From positions 664,711 to 728,710 of the forward strand of contig JBAQNJ010000001.1 in NCBI GenBank assembly GCA_049303675.1: a stretch of 64,000 nucleotides of DNA, in the 5' to 3' direction. How positions within the stretch are numbered: the first letter of the stretch is position 1; each line of letters starts with the position of its first letter. Shown here one piece after another: positions 57,730-64,000 of this stretch. The stretch is from Microgenomates group bacterium (GTDB lineage Bacteria; Patescibacteriota; Microgenomatia; UBA12405). Made by a program: the position numbers and the translations under genes. A model generated the notes under the pieces. The model saw only the letters and a list, made by a program, of their open reading frames with translations, did not search any database and was not told where the DNA came from.

Positions 57730-59521
57730 AATAGACTAGTTGTCTAACCCACCAAAAATCAGCCGTCATATTCGTCACTGATTTACGATCATAATATCGT
57801 TGATACAGCACCTCTCGATCATCTGTGCTCACAGTATTTTTATTGTAAAATCCATCTTCAATTTTCATCTTATTGCTCCCCATATCTACCTTATTCTCAC
57901 CCAGTTCCAACATAGATAATTCAAATCTCTGACTCTTATTATCGGTCAACAATTCCATTACCAATTCATCAGCTGCCCCGACACTGATTTTCTTATCATA
58001 ATAAAAAACCAATTTTCCTTCCTTAATTGTTCCAGCACTTGTTTGACAGACGTTCTTGACACATACTTTTAATCCACCTATATCCCAAAAAATATTATCC
58101 ATAGTTACCTGACTAAAACTAATGTTCTGACTACTTTCCAGCCTAAAAATAGTAGCCACTCTTCTAACAACTTTATCTCCTTCAATTGGCAAGCTAGCAC
58201 CACCAGCAAACACAATCGTTGGCCGCTTACCCCAATAATTAGGAATCAGTAGCCACCGATGAACCATATTCTTCTTCAGCCGATAAATAGGGGAGTACTT
58301 GGGCAAAAACTCACCAAGGCTCCAATAATCAAATTGAGCCTGCCGATTGTCAATCATTGATTCATCAAATTTCCCTACCTTAATTCCCTGATATTGAGTT
58401 TCGTAAGGGACAGTCACACCCACCAGCTGGACATACAACCCAAACACAGCCAAACCTAGCAGCCACTTTTTACTCTCCTTACCCCAATTATCAGCCAGTA
58501 CCAATCCAGCGAGAGGAATCAGTGGAGCCAAATACCTCGGCCCCCAGCTCAATTCTCCCGACCAAATATCAAATAAACTGTAAAACCCCACAAATACCAC
58601 CGTACCAAAAATCATCAATCTCGACCAATTACTCTTTCTCCATGTCGCTAGGGCGGTTATTAGCGCCAGCCCCCACACTGGACTATAAATAGTAATACTC
58701 CGTCCCGAGCTGAGCAACATCCCCCACATTGCCTGAAAAATATCTCTCTGTCCATTTTCTCCAGCCGTAAAGACCGTTAGCCATGTAAATCCACCCATTT
58801 CAAAAAACACCATTACTCCTACCAATAACCCCACTCCTAGTCCTATCTTAACCATATTATTTTGCCAGTTTCTATCAATTAAATAATATCCTGCCAACAG
58901 CAATATCAGTCCAAACGACATATTGTAAGAAAAAATCAGCGCCACTATTGTCGCTACAGCAACAACCAGATATCCATTGACCAACGACCATAGCAAAATA
59001 ACTGACTCAAGGGTCATCAACAAGTTGGGAAATGAATGCTTGGCCAGTGGCAGCAAATTTGTCGTCAGGCTAATAATCAGTGCCATCAGTACAGCCTTAT
59101 TTTTATTTTTGACAATTTTTGTAAATAACAAATACAAAAATATAAACAAACAAAAAGCAATAATTGGATTTATAAACGAAGCCAAAAAAGTTAGCAAATA
59201 ATCCGATTCCAGTGGAAAATTGGCCGCCGGTTTATATCCCTTCTGTTCATAAATAAATTTACTTATCCATACCGCCGGCAGCATGGCTATAGCATAGCCC
59301 TTACTAGCTCCAGAGTAATATTTACCCCCAATCGGATCTGTTGTTCCTCCACCAATCCCATATTTAGGGTTGGTCACTTCCCAGCTTCCCTTGTATACCA
59401 AGTTTCTAGCCATGTTTAAGGAAGACATTCCGTCCACTGATTCAATTTGCCCCGACGCAGTCACTACCAATACAATTGCTATCAACAATAGTGCCCAGCC
59501 TAGACTAAATTTTTGCCACAT
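57722..59521 (-). CDS. Large polytopic membrane protein, unknown family (GT-C-like candidate)
   Basis: About 600 aa. Many TM helices then C-terminal soluble domain. ATG 59521 preceded by TATAAT (59532..59527 on - strand) at 5 nt. The ORF-track start 59527 is TTG. Confidence 0.4.
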   Translation of the reverse strand: MWQKFSLGWALLLIAIVLVVTASGQIESVDGMSSLNMARNLVYKGSWEVTNPKYGIGGGTTDPIGGKYYSGASKGYAIAMLPAVWISKFIYEQKGYKPAANFPLESDYLLTFLASFINPIIAFCLFIFLYLLFTKIVKNKNKAVLMALIISLTTNLLPLAKHSFPNLLMTLESVILLWSLVNGYLVVAVATIVALIFSYNMSFGLILLLAGYYLIDRNWQNNMVKIGLGVGLLVGVMVFFEMGGFTWLTVFTAGENGQRDIFQAMWGMLLSSGRSITIYSPVWGLALITALATWRKSNWSRLMIFGTVVFVGFYSLFDIWSGELSWGPRYLAPLIPLAGLVLADNWGKESKKWLLGLAVFGLYVQLVGVTVPYETQYQGIKVGKFDESMIDNRQAQFDYWSLGEFLPKYSPIYRLKKNMVHRWLLIPNYWGKRPTIVFAGGASLPIEGDKVVRRVATIFRLESSQNISFSQVTMDNIFWDIGGLKVCVKNVCQTSAGTIKEGKLVFYYDKKISVGAADELVMELLTDNKSQRFELSMLELGENKVDMGSNKMKIEDGFYNKNTVSTDDREVLYQRYYDRKSVTNMTADFWWVRQLVYFR

Positions 59522-59561
59522 CACCAATTATACATTCCTCTGCGTGATATCATCGTATATT

Positions 59562-60323
59562 GTGAAATTTACTATTATCACACCTTCCTACAACCAAGCT
59601 AAGTTTTTGCAGCAAACGATCGATAGTGTCGTTAGTCAAGCAGGGGATTTTGAGATTGAATATTTTATTCTCGATGGCGGATCTACCGATGGCTCGGTCA
59701 ATATTATCCGCCAATATACTTCTACTCCAAAAATAAAAATTATCTGGCAATCAAAGCCGGACGGAGGACAAACCGCCGCCCTAAACTATGGATTATCCCA
59801 AGCTACGGGAGATATTATTGCCTATATCAACTCCGATGACTATTATTTACCCAGCACCTTTTCCCAAGTACTCAAATATTTCAATTCTCATCCAAAGGCT
59901 CTCTGGCTGGCAGGTAATTGCGTAGTCACTGATCCAAAATTAAAATGGACATTTTGGCTCAAGCATATTTGGCCCATCCAATACTTCAAAAATTGTTTAT
60001 ACGTTTTCAACACCATCAATCAGCCATCAGTTTTTTTAAAAAAAGAGCTAGTCGACCAAGTCGGTCTCTTTGATCAGTCTCTCCACTACGCTTTTGACTA
60101 CGACTACTGGCTCCGTTGTCTCCAGATCCAGCTCCCCAGTCGTATTTTTCACAATTTTTCCGTCTTTCGCATTCATCCCGATTCCAAGGGTAATACTAGT
60201 TACCATCATCAATTTGACGAGGATTGGGCAGTCATCAATCGCTATCAACCATCAAAATTACTTCACACCACCCATTCTCTGGCGATCATTCTCGTCACCG
60301 CAATTTATAAACTCCTAAAATGA
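59562..60323 (+). CDS. Glycosyltransferase family 2
   Basis: GTG 59562 gives (M)KFTIITPSYNQ, the canonical GT2 N-terminus. The TTG at 59370 used by the ORF track would overlap the divergent gene by 150 nt. FILDGGSTDGS...YINSDDYY. Confidence 0.6.
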   Translation: MKFTIITPSYNQAKFLQQTIDSVVSQAGDFEIEYFILDGGSTDGSVNIIRQYTSTPKIKIIWQSKPDGGQTAALNYGLSQATGDIIAYINSDDYYLPSTFSQVLKYFNSHPKALWLAGNCVVTDPKLKWTFWLKHIWPIQYFKNCLYVFNTINQPSVFLKKELVDQVGLFDQSLHYAFDYDYWLRCLQIQLPSRIFHNFSVFRIHPDSKGNTSYHHQFDEDWAVINRYQPSKLLHTTHSLAIILVTAIYKLLK

Positions 60324-61462
60324 AACCAACAATTGTCTTCTTCCACCCCCATTTCTTGCTACATGGCGGAGCCACAAGGGTAGTTCTCGAGCAAGCCTTA
60401 GGACTTCAGACCAGTGGGTTTGATATCCAGATCATCACCACAAAATCAGATCCAAAAATTATAGCTGACTTTCCCCATCTAAAAATCTCCACCCTTTCAA
60501 AATATTCTACTGGTAATCTAATGTTTTGGATTACTTTTCCGCTATTTTTCTACCACCTAGTGAAAACCATAAACTCTATACCCAATAAAATACTTTACTG
60601 CCACTCACTAGCCATTTACTGGGGAATACTATACAAAATTCTTCATCCAAATACTAAATTAATTGTCTATTTCCATGATCTTGGTTTTCCCTACTATGAT
60701 TCATTATTGGAAACAAGTAGCCTACCGTTTTTCCCGAAAATAATCATTAATATCTCTAAACCAATTTTTAATATTTTTAGATCACTTCTAATAAATCTAC
60801 CCGACTACACTATTGCTAATAGCCTTGCTTGTCGTAATTATATAAGTGATAATTATCACCGACTTGTAGACATTGTTATTACACCGGGGGTAAATACCGA
60901 ACTATTTAAACCAAGTTCAATCAAAAAAAAATACCTAGTGACCGCCGGTCGCCTTGAGAAAATCAAAAACATAGACACAATTATTTATGCCTTTGCTTCA
61001 TATATCAATCAGAACAAGACCTCAACCATCTCCCTTATCATTGCTGGAGACGGGATCGAGAGACTGTCTCTTAAGAATCTAAGTTCTAAGCTTGGTGTTT
61101 CCACAAGAATAAAGTTTATTGGTACCCAGCCTCATTCTAAATTGGCAAATCTATTTAGCCACGCCTTATTGGGTATCTATATGTCTCCCGCAGAATCTTT
61201 TGGCCTTACGGCCATAGAATGTCTGTCCTCAGGTACGCCAATTATTGGTGTAAACAAAAATGGCATTGGTCAAATAACATCCGAGTTTGATCCAAACTTT
61301 CTTGTGTCAAATAGTTCAATTGATTTAGCGGATAAAATTACCAGTATATTGTCTAAACCTATTCCAGAGACATTAAATAAAAGAGCTAGAAAAGCAGCTC
61401 TGAAATATTCATGGAAAATACAAGTTAACATACTCACCCAATGGCTCAAATCATCTTTTTAA
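60320..61462 (+). CDS. Glycosyltransferase family 4
   Basis: ESFGLTAIECLSSGTPIIG. 380 aa. A9 tract at 60923-60931. Confidence 0.7.
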   Translation: MKPTIVFFHPHFLLHGGATRVVLEQALGLQTSGFDIQIITTKSDPKIIADFPHLKISTLSKYSTGNLMFWITFPLFFYHLVKTINSIPNKILYCHSLAIYWGILYKILHPNTKLIVYFHDLGFPYYDSLLETSSLPFFPKIIINISKPIFNIFRSLLINLPDYTIANSLACRNYISDNYHRLVDIVITPGVNTELFKPSSIKKKYLVTAGRLEKIKNIDTIIYAFASYINQNKTSTISLIIAGDGIERLSLKNLSSKLGVSTRIKFIGTQPHSKLANLFSHALLGIYMSPAESFGLTAIECLSSGTPIIGVNKNGIGQITSEFDPNFLVSNSSIDLADKITSILSKPIPETLNKRARKAALKYSWKIQVNILTQWLKSSF

Positions 61463-63564
61463 TATTTTTAATATTATATTATCCTATCGTTACCCGCTTG
61501 TATTCATATTTGCTCAATGGCAACAAAAACCTAGCCATTGCCTCCACTATTGCCACCACCCCATTGTTCCTAAGTCTCTTTCTCTACACAATTTTCTATT
61601 TTCTCCCATCTTACCCACAGTCTTTCTATCTAACTATTTTGGCAACACCAGCCATTGCTCTAAATTTTATTCTAAAATCAAAATTTACTTTTCCAAAGGT
61701 CACTAAATTAAACTTTTCCCAAATTCCCAAAGTTTATATTACCCTTTTAGCAATTCCCATCTTATTGATAACAATGAGAATTTGGTTTTGGCCGATCAAT
61801 TGGGATGATCAAATATATTATATTGAACAAGCGTACTCCATCGGGCAAGAACGTAGCTTAGAAACATTTTTAAATTGGGGTACATTTAAAAATAACCAAC
61901 TTATTTATAATATTAACCCATCAATTCGCCCTGGACTTCCACTAATCTACTCACTGTCCAGCCTAGTCTCCGGCAATCTCACCGACACTACCCTTTTTTC
62001 CCAAACTATAACTTTTTACTACTTTATAGTATTTATTGTCATTTTTACTATATTCTTACGACTAGTTGATCCCAAACATTATTCTATAAACTCATTAATA
62101 GGCATATTTTTAGTTTTTACTTCCTACCTTTTTGTCAATCTCACAGTTCTCGGATTTAAAGAGATAATCATTGTTTGCCTTATGTTACTGTCAATTTTGC
62201 GATATCACCAACTTACCACCGATCCAAGCATCAAACTTTTTGTATATTTGGGGATACTTTTTGGATTTATGTCCTACATAAATTACAGTGGGTCACTCTT
62301 AGCCTGTATGTTTATTGTTCAAACATTTTTTGTAATAAACTCTAAGATAATTCAAAAGCTAGCAAGACTATTGTTATTTACATTTATTCTAACTCTCGTG
62401 AGTGGTCTTGAGTTTATATATTTTTTCAATGTCCTTACAAATGGCAAGATAACCAATATCACCGTCAAGCAAGTTTTAGTCCAAAGCTACAACAAGATAA
62501 GACAATTCAACTCCACCTCAACAGGATTAAAACCAACAGCAGTGGAGCCTGCAACAAGACCGTCAGAATACCGTTCCTACGGTATCAACACGGCTGTTGA
62601 TGTCTATTCTAAGGGCAAATTGCAAGGCTTTTTTCAAATACAATATTACGGCATAATATTCTTAGTTTTTTTAGCTACTGTCGTCCTATTTTATCAACCA
62701 TTAGTCTCAAATCAACTTACTCGAACCGTTTTGATATTTATTACACTTTTTTTTCTAATCTTTATTGACATTTTTGGTCTCAACAAACACAAATATGCAG
62801 AAATACTTACAGTCAGCCACAAGTACACTGCTTTTTTAGTTCCATTTGTCAGCATATTGATATCATCCCAGTGGCACAACTGGAAAATCTTAATATCCAG
62901 ACTAAATACAAAAATACTAATGTTGACTCTCGCTGCCATGATAGTCACCGGTGCACTATTTTCAACCTATCCAGAACTAATATATGGCATTGTGAAAATA
63001 ATAATTCCCATACACAGTACCGAAAGTCACTATTTTCAAGTTATTAAGAATGGAGGATTTGAATTATTATTTATTGGCTTAATATTATCTGTGTATTTTT
63101 TGATTAACAAAAAAAATTCCATTGATGAAATCAAACACATTTATATCTTAATTATATTTGTTCTTTCACCATTTTTACTATTTTTTGATAGCAACTTTGG
63201 CATATATAATACACTGTTCAAATCCTTTTCCAGTTACAGCCAAAAATTACTATTGATTCCGGGGTGGGAAAGCCTCTACACCCCCATAAATTACCTAAAT
63301 AGTCTCCCTCCTGATAGTAAGTTTCTTTTTATAAATACCAACACCAATCAGCTAGGGATACACCTTCGAATTTCTGCCCACAATACAAACTATACCAGTG
63401 TTCCTGTTGCCAAGCCAGATTCCTATAATAGAATTTCAAACATGGTGAAACAAACAAAATCTGAATACCTAATAGTTCATCCAGACCAGTTCCAATTTCC
63501 CAGACATCAACTAATGATTCAAACTAATGATTTTTCGGTTTACAAGATAAATTTTCCTAACTAA
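61441..63564 (+). CDS. Large polytopic membrane protein with loop motif WPINWDDQIYYIEQA (GT-C-like candidate)
   Basis: 707 aa, about 14 or more TM helices. DD-containing loop reminiscent of the DE/DD loop of ArnT/PMT/TMTC enzymes. Confidence 0.4.
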   Translation: MAQIIFLIFLILYYPIVTRLYSYLLNGNKNLAIASTIATTPLFLSLFLYTIFYFLPSYPQSFYLTILATPAIALNFILKSKFTFPKVTKLNFSQIPKVYITLLAIPILLITMRIWFWPINWDDQIYYIEQAYSIGQERSLETFLNWGTFKNNQLIYNINPSIRPGLPLIYSLSSLVSGNLTDTTLFSQTITFYYFIVFIVIFTIFLRLVDPKHYSINSLIGIFLVFTSYLFVNLTVLGFKEIIIVCLMLLSILRYHQLTTDPSIKLFVYLGILFGFMSYINYSGSLLACMFIVQTFFVINSKIIQKLARLLLFTFILTLVSGLEFIYFFNVLTNGKITNITVKQVLVQSYNKIRQFNSTSTGLKPTAVEPATRPSEYRSYGINTAVDVYSKGKLQGFFQIQYYGIIFLVFLATVVLFYQPLVSNQLTRTVLIFITLFFLIFIDIFGLNKHKYAEILTVSHKYTAFLVPFVSILISSQWHNWKILISRLNTKILMLTLAAMIVTGALFSTYPELIYGIVKIIIPIHSTESHYFQVIKNGGFELLFIGLILSVYFLINKKNSIDEIKHIYILIIFVLSPFLLFFDSNFGIYNTLFKSFSSYSQKLLLIPGWESLYTPINYLNSLPPDSKFLFINTNTNQLGIHLRISAHNTNYTSVPVAKPDSYNRISNMVKQTKSEYLIVHPDQFQFPRHQLMIQTNDFSVYKINFPN

Positions 63565-64000
63565 ATTCATTATCAACTCTTTCCACAATACGTAATTTTG
63601 TCCTTGAGTAAGTTCATCTGCAGAAAAATCTCTCCCAACATCATTTGGATGTTTTAATGGAAGTAACATTTTTTCAATTTTCATATTTTCAAATTTGCTA
63701 CCACCTTTAGTATGGGTCGCGTCGCTTCTGCCAAATCCAATATTTTTTACCAAGTTTACATTTGGAATAATCCCCAGCATATTATGTTTCCACATCATCC
63801 AATTCCACTGATAATCCCAAGCAGTATCAAGTTCTCCAGATCTTATCCCTCTAAATATTAATTTCCAATATAGTCGATCTTTCCATTTATTAAAAACATT
63901 ATCCAAAACTACATTTTTCTTTTCTTCATAATCACTTATTTCAATATCATATAATTTCCAAGCCCTTCTCCAAGTAGCCCACCCGCAAGAATGACTATAT
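63511..64000 (-). CDS. Hypothetical protein, C-terminal part (N-terminus lies beyond window end)
   Basis: Frame stays open from 63906 up to base 63999 on the - strand (translating ...YSHCSGWATWRRAWKLYDIEISDYEEKKNVV-LDNVFNKW...). The ORF-track start at 63906 is a TTG, so the true start is outside the window. Trp-rich soluble sequence, no family assigned. Confidence 0.4.
   Translation of the reverse strand, partial: YSHSCGWATWRRAWKLYDIEISDYEEKKNVVLDNVFNKWKDRLYWKLIFRGIRSGELDTAWDYQWNWMMWKHNMLGIIPNVNLVKNIGFGRSDATHTKGGSKFENMKIEKMLLPLKHPNDVGRDFSADELTQGQNYVLWKELIMNLVRKIYLVNRKIISLNH

Noticed and set aside
59370-59561. Long N-terminal extension of the 59370..60323 GT2 ORF (TTG start) overlapping the divergent membrane-protein gene by about 150 nt
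   Set aside because: An in-frame GTG at 59562 yields the canonical GT2 N-terminus (M)KFTIITPSYN and leaves a 40-bp divergent promoter region. The extension has no GT2-like sequence.
1-64000. Mobile element, phage, CRISPR or defence-system content
   Set aside because: No integrase, transposase, recombinase, Cas-like genes, direct repeats with spacers or restriction-modification motifs were seen. The only nuclease-like gene is the NYN-domain ORF discussed above.

Overview
This window is one continuous cell-surface glycan assembly and modification locus. It is AT-rich and almost saturated with coding sequence: about 55 genes, most on the + strand, with stop/start overlaps and no transposases, tRNAs, rRNAs or CRISPR arrays visible.

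From motifs I can read directly, the window encodes:
- About 13 family-2 glycosyltransferases. Two of them carry the Dpm1/GtrB-type DTQ(C/A)G(F/I)K motif of polyprenol-phosphate sugar synthases.
- Six GT4 (E-x7-E) glycosyltransferases.
- An unusually large set of GT-C-fold integral membrane glycosyltransferases. This comprises seven ArnT/PMT_2-like paralogs with an N-terminal loop DE motif (five of them in one tandem array at 22.2-32.0 kb), two paralogous '6-pyruvoyl-tetrahydropterin-synthase-related'-type membrane proteins, one YfhO-like protein, and one TMTC-like protein with a membrane domain plus C-terminal TPR repeats.
- Several further large polytopic membrane proteins of unknown family.
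- Two export routes: a Wzx-type flippase and a Wzm/Wzt ABC-2 exporter. The ABC gene pair is interrupted by a NYN-domain (PIN-like nuclease) gene.
- A 14-kb block (35.7-49.4 kb) with five paralogous B12-binding-domain radical SAM genes, two of which have non-canonical Cys spacing. They are interleaved with an FkbM-family methyltransferase, two class-I SAM methyltransferases (one fused to a C4 zinc ribbon), GT2 and GT4 genes.
- A single NAD(P)-binding epimerase/dehydratase-like SDR and a small cupin.

Transcription signals look leaderless. At many operon heads a TATAAT, TAAAAT or TATAGT hexamer sits 5-7 nt upstream of the ATG. One of these has a full TTGACA-17-TATAAT consensus. Several divergent gene pairs share 14-40 bp bidirectional promoter regions, including a perfect 14-nt palindrome that contains both start codons.

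The organism is probably a low-GC bacterium with few or no Shine-Dalgarno motifs. That is consistent with, but does not prove, a CPR/Patescibacteria-type genome.

The most interesting candidate for a new system is the module of five B12-radical-SAM genes plus methyltransferases embedded in the glycosylation locus, together with the TMTC-like/radical-SAM/GT2/methyltransferase leftward operon. All family assignments are from motif reading only and need HMM or structure confirmation.
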